Shown here: piece by piece, positions 1-11,218 of the stretch
Position numbering within the stretch: position 1 is the first letter of the stretch
How the letters are laid out: each line of letters opens with the position of its first letter
Assembly (NCBI GenBank): GCA_965153285.1
Contig: OZ229115.1
Source: Podarcis tiliguerta
Lineage: Eukaryota
Direction: 5' to 3' (one strand)
Length of the DNA: 64,000 bases
The notes under the pieces: generated by a model
Told to the model about the DNA's origin: nothing
Databases searched by the model: none
The model's input: the letters and a program-made list of their open reading frames with translations, nothing else
Program-made: the position numbers and the translations under genes

Positions 1-233
1 TTCCAAATAGAAAGAGTTAGAAAAAAAATATATTAGACCAGATCAATAATGAATGCTTTTGCTTAGTGTATTTTTTTTGCTATTTCATTTTTGTGGATTT
101 TTTGGGTATTTCTGTATTTTTTTAAAAAAAGTATTTAAATCCTTTTTTTAAAGTGGGGTGGAGAGCAAAGCTGCATGTTCCATTCAAATATTCATGCATG
201 AACACACACAAAATATTGCATTCTCATTCTTAC

Positions 234-275
234 CTCTAGTGAAGCCTGAGCCAGGTCCTGCAAGGTTGGCCATTT
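234..275 (-). CDS. MUTYH: MUTYH exon (42 nt)
   Basis: [14 protein letters not shown]; atacag acceptor, gtaaga donor. Confidence 0.96.
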
Positions 276-2801
276 CTGTATCAAAAAGGAAAACAGGGAC
301 TTGTTTACAAGGTCTCCAAAGCACAATGGATCCAAGATCCAGAATTCAGGAGCTAATGCACAACAGAGCATGCCACAGAGAGAAAAGGATCTCAGCATCA
401 CCTGCATCCAGCGATTGTAGTAGTTGATCACTGAAGCCACCTGGGTCTGCTGGAGCATTATCTCTGATACCCACACTGCAGGCACAAAGAGAAAGCAGGT
501 GCATCAGGCATTCTGATACCTTCCTTGTTCTGCGTGGCAGGGGATGTGCTGCTCAATATACCATATTTTTCGCCCCATAGGGCACACCGGCCCATAGGAC
601 GCACCTAGGGTTTTTTTGGGGGGGGGGGGGGATAAAGAGCTCTCCGCAAGCCTATCTGCCTGAAGCCCAAACCAGGTTGGGGAACAGCAGGATGGCACGC
701 TGCACCTCCCCGCTGTCCTCCCCGCCGCCAGCCTCCAAACCAGGTCGGGGGACAGCGGGATGGCGGGAACTCCCGCGGGCTCCCAAGGCTTGCGGAGAGC
801 TTCCTGAAGCCTGTGCACCGACCCCTCTCGCTCTCCAGGCTTCAGCGAAAGCCTCATTCGCCCCATAGGACACACACACATTTCCCCTTCATTTTTGGAG
901 GGGGAAAATTGCGTCCTATAGGGCGAAAAATACGGTACTTTAAAGGCAATTGTAAGAGGTTAAGCAACCTTTTTATACCCCAGGGGGACTGTTTAGCTGG
1001 AGATAACTAGTTCTGCATGCAGTTCTATCTTGCCCCTTAAATATTACACTGCCAAAAGTCAAGTGCCATGATCTGCCAAAAAGTCAAGTGCCATGATCTG
1101 GCTAGGGGATCTCTAGCAACGCAGAACACCAATGTCCTTAACTGGACTAAGGAGCCACAATTCAAAGTATTTTTCTCAGCAGTAAAACTGATACCACCAC
1201 ATTGCTGCTACCACTAGGACAGTGTTGTGTGCAGCCTGCGGCATTTATCTCTAGAGAACCCCTGAATGCAGATAGATGGCAGGAATCCCCAGCAGAATTC
1301 CTGAGGGTTCTTGCTCTCACCAGCATATGCTCGTCTGTCAGCATCCTCTTCACTTGCAGCCTGTAGAAAAGTGAACAGGGGACTTTAGGGAACAGGACAA
1401 AGCAAAGCAATTGTCTCTCTCTTCTGAGATATTTCTGTGCATCCCAGAAGCCCAGCACAAAATGCCATACCAATTTCCTCCAAGGAAGATCTCGTTTGCA
1501 TTTGTTGTACCAGGTGAGCAGCCTCTTCCGAAACTCTTTGATTTCAGCTGCATTGCTGAAGGTGTGGAATGGAGACTGTTGGCTGGGAACTCCTGCAACA
1601 AAGAGAGGCCAGTTACAATTTTTGCAGTGGCAATTTCTATCGGGTTGTACAAATATACACTGCAGTTGATAAACCTGTGCTGGGCCAGAGGGGGATACGT
1701 ATTTGATAGACAGCTGAAGAACAGCAGTCCTACTGGCATACCCCTCTATAAATATTTCCCAAAGATCTGCTCTTTCTGTTAACCTCAGAAACAGAAGTCC
1801 TCAGCAGATATCTCCTTTGTCCATGTCATTATTCCAGGGCGGGTAAACCTTTTTCAGCCCAAGGGCCACATTCCCTTCTGAGTGACCTTCTTGGGGCCAC
1901 ATGCCAATGCTGGGGAGGGCTGGAGACAAATGTGGGTAGAGAGCAATGAATGTGGATTTTTACTTTTGTGTAGTGGGCTACTTTTTTTACACACTCACAC
2001 ATTATTCTCTATGTTCCATCTAACTCAAGCAAGAAGCATTTTCAGAGTTCAAGGACACATTCTAGCCAGCAAAAACAGTTAAGGAGGATGCAAAGCAGGG
2101 CTAATGAGCAGCGGGGCTCTGGAGGTTGTGTGGCCTATGGGCTAGATATTCTTGGAGGATCATATTAGACCCCAGCCTGGATATACCACATCCCTGTATC
2201 ACACAAATTCAAAGCAGGAAGATGAGCCCCTATGATGGCAAACTAGACAACAAGCACCGTGTCTGCTTATGTCACACTATTCTAAAACAGAATACTTTTC
2301 TGACTCTACAAGTTTCAATTAAATTTCTTTTTTTTAAAAAAGTGACCAAATAAATTTGGGTCGAAGAATGTTACAAGAACGGAGTCAAGGAAGGTACAAA
2401 TTTTCAGGTTTTGTGTTGTTGGCCAAGCAACGCTAAACATTTTCTAATTCCTTCATAAGGAAAACTCCATCTATCCCAAAGCCAGTTTGTGGAATCAGTG
2501 ATGCATTAAATCTGAGATATTTGTAACTTCAGCTTCTGATTCAGTCTTTGAATGCATAGCCAGCTGAAAAGTTGAGGGGAGTTCAATAGCTGTTACCACA
2601 AAATAAGTGATCCTGAAAAGAGGTTCAAACAATTCTTTTCAATTTTCTTTCATCCTACACTGATGAAAAAAATATTTTTGTAACTCAAGCACCTTTGCAT
2701 AGTGTGGTATTTCCTTCACATTTTTTCAGCGATTTCTGTTGTTTCCCAGTGTTCCTTTGTATTCCTAGCTTGCTGCGTGTTGCCAACTGGAGTTTGCTCA
2801 T
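234..2801 (-). CDS. MUTYH: Adenine DNA glycosylase MUTYH, 5' part (gene continues off the left edge)
   Basis: Coding exons 2693-2801, 1471-1592, 1321-1360, 402-475 and 234-275 splice in phase via GT-AG introns to MSKLQLATR...[69 protein letters not shown], the MutY/HhH-GPD N-terminal signature. Confidence 0.97.
402..475 (-). CDS. MUTYH: MUTYH exon (74 nt)
   Basis: (V)[24 protein letters not shown] with the catalytic Glu motif SEIMLQQT. Confidence 0.97.
561..935. mobile_element. Tc1/mariner-superfamily (Tc2/pogo-like) MITE in a MUTYH intron
   Basis: Imperfect TIRs CCATATTTTTCGCCCCATAGG / CCTATAGGGCGAAAAATACGG, flanked by TA at 559-560 and 936-937; GC-rich interior explains several spurious ORFs. 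Confidence 0.85.
1321..1360 (-). CDS. MUTYH: MUTYH exon (40 nt)
   Basis: [13 protein letters not shown](V); ctacag acceptor, gtgaga donor. Confidence 0.95.
1471..1592 (-). CDS. MUTYH: MUTYH exon
   Basis: (G)[40 protein letters not shown]; ttgcag acceptor, gtatgg donor. Confidence 0.95.
1835..2196. mobile_element. Old hAT-like MITE
   Basis: CAGGG...CCCTG ends; internal sequence shared with 4080-4215 and 34863-35250. Confidence 0.6.
2693..2801 (-). CDS. MUTYH: MUTYH first coding exon (acceptor at 2808, ATG at 2801)
   Basis: ttttttttctag|GCTGGCA ATG; [36 protein letters not shown](G); donor gtgctt; phase 1 matches the next exon. Confidence 0.85.
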
Positions 2802-3106
2802 TGCCAGCCTAGAAAAAAAATGTACCACTGTCAAATTATATTTCTCTTCACCATCTCCAGATCCAAAATTAGCAATATGTGCAACACTCTATACTGTATA
2901 CAGTACCCTGTATTCCATCAAGGTGGCAAGATGTGAATAAGAACTATGAATATAAATGCTGACAATATGGATAGACAGAACTATAGGGCAACTGAAGAGT
3001 GAAATAAGAGGCCTGCCTTTATTACTCCTTAATAGATGTAGTCTACATATACAAGAATAGACAGATAATGAATCCTGAGTTTCTGTAATAGATTGCATCA
3101 CTTTAG

Positions 3107-3107
3107 A

Positions 3108-3147
<40 letters not shown>

Positions 3148-3163
3148 ATCTATCTATCTATAT
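3107..3163. repeat. (TATC)n / GATA microsatellite
   Basis: Direct reading. Confidence 0.95.
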
Positions 3164-3299
3164 CTCCTATGCAAAACTCTTTGAAAGTACAAAATTTAAC
3201 ACATCAGAGAGAAAAGTTCTACACGGGTCACTCCCTTGTTGTGCTAGTTTTCTATCTGCAGGGAGCTCCCAGCTCCCCAATAGGGGAGAAATGCGGATC

Positions 3300-4600
3300 C
3301 TTCATCCGTAGCCTGAACTGGTATGGTACATTCTACCACCTCAAGTTTCTGTAACCTCATCCGCTGCGTGTGTAGTAAAACCAAAGGGCTCGGCTCCTCA
3401 TATCACATGCACGAAGGAATATGCACACTAGGGAGTGTTCTATGCACTTTCACACTCAGAACGGTGTTATTAGAGAGACAGGCCACGAGGAACATCCCTA
3501 CCTTCGTCTCTTTGTTGATTTCTTTGCGCGCGTCCAACTCAGAACCTCCTTCCAACTAGCGTGGAGCCAATCAAACCGAAGCACAACTTCATCCCGGCAA
3601 GCGGAAGGCTCGCAAGGAAAGGGGCTGACAGCATCAAGCCAATCGGCGTCAAAGACGGAACAAAAACTGAGTCACGACGACCAACTTCCTGGTTTCTTTT
3701 GGCGCCATTTTCGCACAGAGCTGAAATGAAATGTATCCATAGGAGCAACGCAAAAAAGCTAGGATTTTAGCGTTAACTGCGATTGGGCAGTAAAAGCCCG
3801 CCCGTGCTGTTCCTAACATTTCGTGTAGAAAATGCGTAGTTTCAACAAGCATTCACAACATCCCTGCAATGTAGCGCACCGCGGATGCTGCAAGTTAAAG
3901 TGGGGCTGTGGTCAAAAGCGAATGAATACAGTAGGGAACAACAAGGGGGTAGTTTACAGCACATTGCAACTATGTCTACTCAGAAGTAAGTCTTGCATAA
4001 TTCAATGAGCCTCATTCAGATACGTAGGGTTATGATTCCAGCCCTTAGTATTGCTATCCTTCTACCTTCCGGACGCCACATGCAAATCGTGGGCAGAGAG
4101 CAATGAATGCCAGTTTTACTTTGGTGCAGTAGGCTAGTTTTTACACACTCACACATCCCACCCTATCCAAGCCCAGAAATCATTTTCAGAGCACATTTTC
4201 GCCACGCAAAGCTGGGCTGGTGAACAGCTGGGTGAGTTAAGGAGATGTGGGCCTGGGGAGAATGAGTGGGTTTGGATGCGGCGAAAGGCACTTGCAAAGA
4301 CAGCTAGGCCTACGCGCCACCCTTAGAGGAAGGACCCCAGAGAGCAGGACGCGCCGGAAGCTGGCGAGTTGAACGACAAGGGAGATGGCGGTTGTCTAAG
4401 TAACTCGCAGGTGTCACTTCTCGAAGGTAAGAGAAGGTCTTTCGAAAGCACCTTCTGGGAGGAGGCATTGTGCTCAGCGGTTTCTTGTGCAGACGATGTG
4501 CATTCTCCTAAACGAGTTAGTGGCCAGGGACCAGGAAATGGTGGTGGAGCGGAGGTTTAAACTTGATCTCACCTATAACGTGCATGTTATGGATCATGTA
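3300..4600. promoter_or_regulatory. CpG-rich bidirectional promoter of MUTYH and TOE1
   Basis: Local CpG enrichment between divergent genes; CCAAT boxes (about 3567 and 3639), ETS cores (ACTTCC about 3684, CCGGAAG about 4354), YY1-like CGCCATTTT (about 3703) and AGATGGCG (about 4383); candidate first-exon donors after 3502 (-) and 4426 (+). Confidence 0.8.
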
Positions 4601-4874
4601 CTGATGACTTTTTACTGTTCCCGTTCTAGTTCTGGTCTGAGCGTTAACGAGATGAGGCATTTACTATACCTGGGGCTCTTGGGTTTTTTCTCATATAAAG
4701 CAGCGGTTCCTGTTCTCTCTTTTTTTCTGAGGTGTTGTTATTTGATATATGCAGGGAGCAATCTGTGGGTTCGGGTTTTTTTAATTAGTCATTGGTACCC
4801 CCAAAGCAAAATTAACCATTGGATTGTAAAAATTATGCATGTCTAATCTCTTGTGTCCCAACAGCTGCATAAGG

Positions 4875-4985
4875 ATGACTTCCTTGAAAGTGCCAGTCAT
4901 CGATGTCCAGAATGATAATTTCAAGGAGCTCTGGCCATCCATGCTCTTGGCCATCAAAACATCTAGCTTTATAGCTATTGACACG
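4875..4985 (+). CDS. TOE1: TOE1 coding exon 1 (acceptor after 4864)
   Basis: [37 protein letters not shown]|gtgggt. Confidence 0.92.
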
Positions 4986-7900
4986 GTGGGTAGAGTTGCC
5001 CTTCTTTGTGATTTCTCAAAAAGGGTAGGGGCGGGGACTGTAACTTTGATGGTAATTGGGTTGCTGTCTTTGCTAGGGAAAGCTGACACCATTTTATTTA
5101 ATTTTTCCATTGGTCTATCTACCTATTCTTTATACTGCTTTCCAGTTTCAGACAGGAGTTTTCCAGCTCTGCATGGGAGACATCAGGGATTAAACCTTGA
5201 ACCTTGTACATGTAAAACTGTAACACTGAGCTACAACTTATTTTACATAACTTGTTCTACCATGGAGTGGAAATCTAATTGTTATCTTTGTCCATAGGAG
5301 CTTAGTGGGCTTGGAACAAGGAAGAGTTTGTTGAATCAGTAAGTAATGTGCTGCTTCTGTGTGAGTTCTGAAGCATGATGTTCTCATTCTTGTTGTTCTG
5401 AATTATTAGGTCCTTGAGTATGGACAGCATTGTGGAGTGTCTGCCGATACTTTCAGGAGTCTTTGTTTCCCCCAACTCCGTACCAGACACTAGTTGAGTG
5501 GACCTATTGGGATTCACAGTGGAAGCAGTTCTTTGACTGTGTGGGTGTGGATGGCTTAAGATGTGCTTGCCCATTTGGAGTCATCAGTTCTTTGAGGGCA
5601 GGAAATATGCAAGCTGTAGGGAACAGGCCCACATGCTATTAATATGCTTCGAAATTCAGGCTGGTCTCGATCTTGAATGGAAAGGTGAAATTTGTCATGT
5701 CAATAGGGAAGCTATGGTTCAGTGGTCTAAATTTCCTACTAAGCTACCTGAGGCTTCTCCCCACAGGTGTATTGAAGAACGATACAAATCTGTTTGCAGT
5801 GCTGCCAGAACACGCTCCATTTTGTCTCTAGGAATTGCTTGTTTCAAACATCTTCCTGATAAGGTATAGTGCTCATTGTCTGGCTTTCACCCTAATTCTA
5901 CTGCTGAGTTAAGAATGTGTTGCTTATAAGAGGATGGTATATTGAAGGTTCAGTCTTCAATGCATAAAGTGATGCATAAAGTGACCAGTATTGATTCTAG
6001 ACACTAAAGGAAGTAGTTGTTGATTTCTAGGATGTTACTGTTTGCACTTTTTCTGTGCTGCTCTCAATTTCTTTGAACTGGCCTGTATTTGCAGTCAGAG
6101 AACACGTACCTCTCCCAGATCTACAACCTGACCCTGCTCTGTATGGAGGATTATATCATTGAACCACAGTCAGTTCAGTTCCTGGTGCAACATGGCTTTG
6201 ACTTCAACAAGCAGTATTCTCAGGGCATTCCTTATCACAGAGGCAATGACAAGGTATGGGGACTCTTTACTGTAAGGTATAAGTGAGGTGAGACCACAAT
6301 GAGAAAGTAACTGGTTTCTTTCTTAATATCTGCTTGGCTTCGTTTGCATTTCACACTTCTTTTGCTAATCAAAATTATCCACGTGTATTTTTAAAAAAAC
6401 TTTATTAACATCAATTAACAACCCACAATGCATTTCACACTTCAGTGTCATGGGGCTGAATTGATGCTGCACCAACATAGCCACCACCTAGTCAAAGTAG
6501 TTCTGTGGAGCTTCTGTGGAGGAGTCAGTCTGCCAGCAGCTGGTTTCACCATTGAGCTGGAGGAGAACTGCCCTCACAGAAATAAGCTGCCTGAGCTGAA
6601 GGGGTCTGAGCTGAAGGGGTGCGAAATGTCCTGCACTTTCATCTGACAGTTCTGGTAGATGAATAAAGCACCATCTCTGCCTAGAGTACAGGAGAGAGTG
6701 GTGGTGGGCATCCTGCCTTTTCCAGGCTTTACCTCAGCGAAAACTAGGTGTGGTGGTTCTGCCCTAGAACCTGGGTCATGAATCCATAAGCAGTGGCAGA
6801 ATTTGGGCTGTAGACCTGTACCATCAAAACAGGTGAAGGGAACTCCAGGAGATCAATGCCACCCTCTTTTGCATTTACCTCTGCTGCCTTTGCCTGCATT
6901 GACCACCCAACACTTCAGAGGCTCATCTTCATCCAGGCTGTTCCCATATCAGAGAAACTAGTGCAGGCTTTGGAAATGAGGCCAGCTAACCTTATCCCCT
7001 CTTTGCTCTCTCACAGGGAAATGAAAACCACAGCCAGACTGTCCGTACTTTTTTCCTGGAACTGATCCGAGCCAAGAAGCCCCTCATTCTGCACAATGGC
7101 CTAATTGATTTGGTTTTCCTGTACCAGTGCTTTTATGCTCACCTTCCTGACAATTTGGGCACCTTCACTGCTGATCTTTCAGAGATGTTCCCAGCTGGAA
7201 TCTATGACACCAAGTATGCTTCTGAGTTTGAGGCACGTTTCGTGGCTTCTTACCTAGAGTATGCCTACAAGAAATGGTAGGTATCTCTTGCCAGGTCAAG
7301 CTGTAAGCACCCTGGCAAGGATTTTTGGGCCGAGATCCATCGTAGCACAAGTGGACATTTGCCTGATCACATAATAAGGCTTTTCCTTCCTCCCCTCCCC
7401 CCTTCACCTCCCCATGTACTCCCAAAATCTACTCTGGAGATTTGAGGGACCAGGTTTTTGGAGCACATGGGTGTGGGAGGTAGAATAGAAATTGGAAGTT
7501 CCATTGCACAGGCTGATTTCTGTTGGGTAAGCAGGCATACATCATTGAATGCTGCTCCTGGGCTTTAAGTAACGAGAACACAACTGCTGGGTCCAAGGCT
7601 GCTGCTCTTCTATTTTTACTGGAACAGGGTCTGATTTGGGTATGAATGAGTAGGGTGGAGGACAAGAAGTATGAATACCATATCTAGTTAGTGACTTTGT
7701 TACTTTCCATATAGGTTATTCTATTTATGTGCATTTTGGGCAAATACTGTAATTCAGTTAAATCTTAATTGTGATTCAATTAATCCCCAGGCTCCACTAC
7801 AAACTCATAACTCCACATGCATGTACTTGCCTGCCATTTGTCTCAGGTTGTTTCCTTGCTACAGCTTTCAGCTGAAATTCTTTATGAGTTTAAATTATTA

Positions 7901-10614
7901 TTATTACTAAATTTGTATTCTGCCCTATACCTGTAGATCTCAGGGTGGTTCACAACATAAAATTACAACATAAAAGACACAAAATACATGATAGAAATAT
8001 GAACAAAAACAAACCAATAATCGCCCCTTCCACAACCCATTTTAAAGGGCATCGGATGTCAAGCGGCCAAAGGCCTGGTTGAAGAGGAACGTTTTCACCT
8101 GGTGCCTAAGGAAGTATAATGAAAATGAGTTGCATTTCTTTTTACTGCTTAGGAGACTGAAATCTCCTATTTGATACTAGAGCCTGGATTCTAAGTAAAG
8201 TATTTTACTTAATTCCAGTCCACAAAATTTTGACTGGCCTTGGCAGTTAGCCATAATTTATGGTCTCCACAAACTCTGCTCTGTTGGCACATGCAGAGGA
8301 CCCAAGAGATGAAGGGTCAGTCACATTCCATGCTGTGCCTTTAAAACATTAAAATACAGCAAGAAGGATTCTCACTCAATTTTCAGTATCTTCAAAATGT
8401 GGCATGAAGAAAAAGTTATTTGCATATATCAGAAGACTTGAAAAAGAGACTGCAACAGTCTTGTCTGCCTAATGCGGTAGAAGATGGCTCCTGCCTTAAG
8501 TTCTCTGTGGCAGCAGAATGAAGGGGTAGGGTTTTTCATGTTGTCCTTGGCTACTAGCAGAAGAAACTAGTAGAAATGTGTGGAACTGACTAAACAACTC
8601 CTCAGGTTTTCTCTTCCCTTTTCTCTGTTTCCCCACTCCCTGATTCTAATAATCAAATGAGAGGTATGCCTTCTGCTTAGAGAAAAGTACTAGTTTGGGA
8701 AGATGCTCATACCCTGTTATGGTGTTCCAGGTATCTGGCAGTAAGGGGAACAAGCAGTTGTGCTGATAGAATTTTTATGTGTCTCTGCTTCTCTTCTAAA
8801 AGGCAATGCTATGTATCCTTTATATTCTTATTTCCGCTTTAGCTCATTTTTCAACATTCAGGGGGCTTGTCTATGAGTACATAGAGGAGCCTGTCCTGAA
8901 GGGCAGTTGATCTCCTTGCTCTGACACAGCCTCTGTTCCAGGTTCTAATGCTATTCTTGCCTTCCAGCAAGCGAGAAAACTACAGGTTGAAGAATTCAGA
9001 AAAGCAGCACCTCAGCATAGAGTTCTGCAACTACCCAGACAGCATAGCTTCCTACATAGATTATCGCTTCTGTTCCCTATCAGATGCCAACCAGTCTGGG
9101 CTTGACCCTGCAAACAAAGTCACCATCTGTCAGACATTTTCTGTAAGTATTACTTCTGTCTCCCTTCTATCTTGAAAGTTTGTCAAATAGTAAATTGTAA
9201 ATAGTTCATTCAGTGTGGTGGATATTCTCAGATAGGAACTATGAGGACAAACTGTCTAGGATGAGAGACAGGCTCTTGGGCTAGATGTGTGTTTGGCAGT
9301 GGGAGGCAAATGCTTATGCTGGTATTATGGTCAATTTTAAAGCATGGTACCTCTTTCGGCAGCTTTCTGATAAAAATGGAGAGGTGCTATCTTTTAATAA
9401 TGAGGGTATCTGGGAGCTTACTAGAGAACACAAGAGACCTGCTGGGTCAGGCTAAAGGTCCATTTAGTCCAGTATATTTTCCCAACAGTGGCCCAGCCCA
9501 GAAGCCTGCAAGTAATACATGAGGTTTGGATGATCCAAAATAGTCTTTTAATATTGCTATTTTCTGGTTAATTAGCATGGCACGATCTCACAAATGTGAT
9601 AAATATCCAGAAGTTAATGTTGAAAGTTGCTCTAGGGCAGCATTTCTCAAATTTGGGTCCCCAACTGTTGGACTACAACTCCCATCATCCCTGACCACTG
9701 GTTCTGCTAGCTAGGGATGATGGGAGCTGTAGTCCAACAGCAGCTGGAGACCCAAGTTTGAGAATCACTGCTGTAGGGTATCTAAGATCCAGTGATATTT
9801 TCTCAAGTGTGTTAATGATTCTCACTCTCCCCTGTAGGCCTATGGCTGGTGCCCAGATGGATTGAAGTGTTCACAGTCTCACAACATTGACCTAATAATT
9901 AATGAAGATGAGAACCACAAAGAGGACAAGCGGAAGAAAAGAAAGCAGAAGTGGAAGCATCGGAAGAATTTTGTAGAGCCCTCAAAGGAACCTGTGTTGA
10001 GAAGCCCTGAGAAGGAAGGAGAGGCGGCTTGCAATATGGAAGACGGTCCCCCATCCAAGCAGTCCTGTTTAAGCAACATGGTTGCTCCTACTGTAGATTC
10101 TGCAGGCACAGAAACTGTATCCAGTAATGAGGAGAGTTCTATGGATGTGGAACGAGAGCTAGGCTCTGACACGACAACTGATACCAAGATGGATGAGGAA
10201 CAAGCCAGTGCCACAGACAATGAGGGCATCACTTTATCACCATCCAAAGATGGGCCACAACAAAGGGCAGCAGGGACTGAAGGATCAGGGCCAGAAGTCC
10301 AGATAGAGTGTGCTTCTGTAGTGACGGCTTTGTCTGGCACCCAGAACCCAGTGGCACCAGTGCCTGGCTGTTCAGAGGGTGGTATTCACCGGGCTGGCTT
10401 TGATGCCTTCATGACAGGTTACATTATTGCCTACGTCCATATGCTCAAAAATGATGAACACAAAGACTCAAGTGAAGGGCCTTGGTTGCCGGACTGCCAT
10501 AACAAAGTGTACCTCAGTGGGAAGTCTGTCCCCCTTCAGATAGTGAAAAGTTTGTTTTCTAAATCCTCCAAAGCTCACAGCCAGAAGATGAAATTGGCTT
10601 GGGCTAGTAAGTAG
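4875..10614 (+). CDS. TOE1: Target of EGR1 protein 1 (CAF1-family DEDDh deadenylase for snRNA 3' trimming), about 539 aa
   Basis: Exons 4875-4985, 5298-5338, 5767-5863, 6095-6253, 7017-7276, 8968-9142 and 9838-10614 total 1620 nt in frame; motifs [22 protein letters not shown]; CCCH finger C-x8-C-x5-C-x3-H; basic [16 protein letters not shown]. Confidence 0.97.
5298..5338 (+). CDS. TOE1: TOE1 exon
   Basis: [13 protein letters not shown](Q); ccatag acceptor, gtaagt donor. Confidence 0.95.
5767..5863 (+). CDS. TOE1: TOE1 exon
   Basis: [32 protein letters not shown]. Confidence 0.95.
6095..6253 (+). CDS. TOE1: TOE1 exon
   Basis: [53 protein letters not shown]. Confidence 0.96.
7017..7276 (+). 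CDS. TOE1: TOE1 exon
   Basis: [44 protein letters not shown]...[10 protein letters not shown](C); absent from the ORF track. Confidence 0.96.
7896..8120 (-). mobile_element. L2-type LINE 3' end fragment
   Basis: Short (TTA)n tail and tgtgaaccaccctgag-type 3' terminus recalled from squamate L2. Confidence 0.55.
8968..9142 (+). CDS. TOE1: TOE1 exon
   Basis: [22 protein letters not shown]...KVTICQTFS|gtaagt. Confidence 0.95.
9638..9770. mobile_element. Palindromic hAT MITE
   Basis: Arms ggactacaactcccatcatccct / agggatgatgggagctgtagtcc; 8-bp TSD ctctaggg / ctgtaggg (7/8 match). Confidence 0.85.
9838..10614 (+). CDS. TOE1: TOE1 last coding exon
   Basis: [15 protein letters not shown]...[12 protein letters not shown]...[37 protein letters not shown]. 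Confidence 0.96.
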   Translation, partial: AYGWCPDGLKCSQSHNIDLIINEDENHKEDKRKKRKQKWKHRKNFVEPSKEPVLRSPEKEGEAACNMEDGPPSKQSCLSNMVAPTVDSAGTETVSSNEESSMDVERELGSDTTTDTKMDEEQASATDNEGITLSPSKDGPQQRAAGTEGSGPEVQIECASVVTALSGTQNPVAPVPGCSEGGIHRAGFDAFMTGYIIAYVHMLKNDEHKDSSEGPWLPDCHNKVYLSGKSVPLQIVKSLFSKSSKAHSQKMKLAWASK

Positions 10615-11057
10615 AGCTGGGAACCCTCCTACTTGGGACTTTACATAAGAGCTGTTGAAAATAGCAGCAGCTTCTACCCACAGTCATCAAACAAAAGCAG
10701 CAGACTGTGACTTTATTTTTAAACATCTGCACAATTAAATTACTCTGTACAGTACTAGAATTTCCGTTTTTGTTTGTTAAAGGTAGAGCCTTTATGTACA
10801 CCAGGCAACTGTCTTAAACATGGGAGAGCTATGAGGAGCCCTAATTTATAGCATATTAATTTAATCCACTCATTCAAACCAACAGCATGAGAACCGGAAG
10901 CTTATTTTTGTAACAACCATGGAGACCACTTCTTCTCTTGCATACAAAGACCAAACAGCTTCCATATATAAGTAACAATATTTATAGCAGTATAAAACCT
11001 TGTATCTATGCAGTATTTGTGCATTTTAAATTTCAGATCAGAGCCTGTTGGGGATTA

Positions 11058-11218
11058 CAGTCACACCTCGTGCTAGGTTTGCTTCACGTTGCGGCTTTTC
11101 AGGTTATGAACATGGCAAACCCAGAAGTGTTTACTTCCGGGTTCGCCACGCGCAGAAGCGCTTTGCACATGTGCAGTAGCGGTGCTCTACTTAGGGACTT
11201 TTCGGGGTGCGAACAGCT
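11058..11218. mobile_element. Truncated Tigger-like MITE (same family as 56205-56423)
   Basis: TA|CAGTCACACCTC terminus and shared aacccagaagt core. Confidence 0.6.

Noticed and set aside
504-1010. Overlapping 63-125 aa ORFs
   Set aside because: They are products of the GC-rich MITE at 561-935 and have no protein motifs.
1162-1473. Minus-strand ORF containing SAFRGSL, resembling human MUTYH TAFRGSL
   Set aside because: Chance match inside an intron; the true exons (1471-1592, 1321-1360) are in other frames.
9879-10340. 153-aa antisense ORF
   Set aside because: Shadow of the low-complexity TOE1 last exon.
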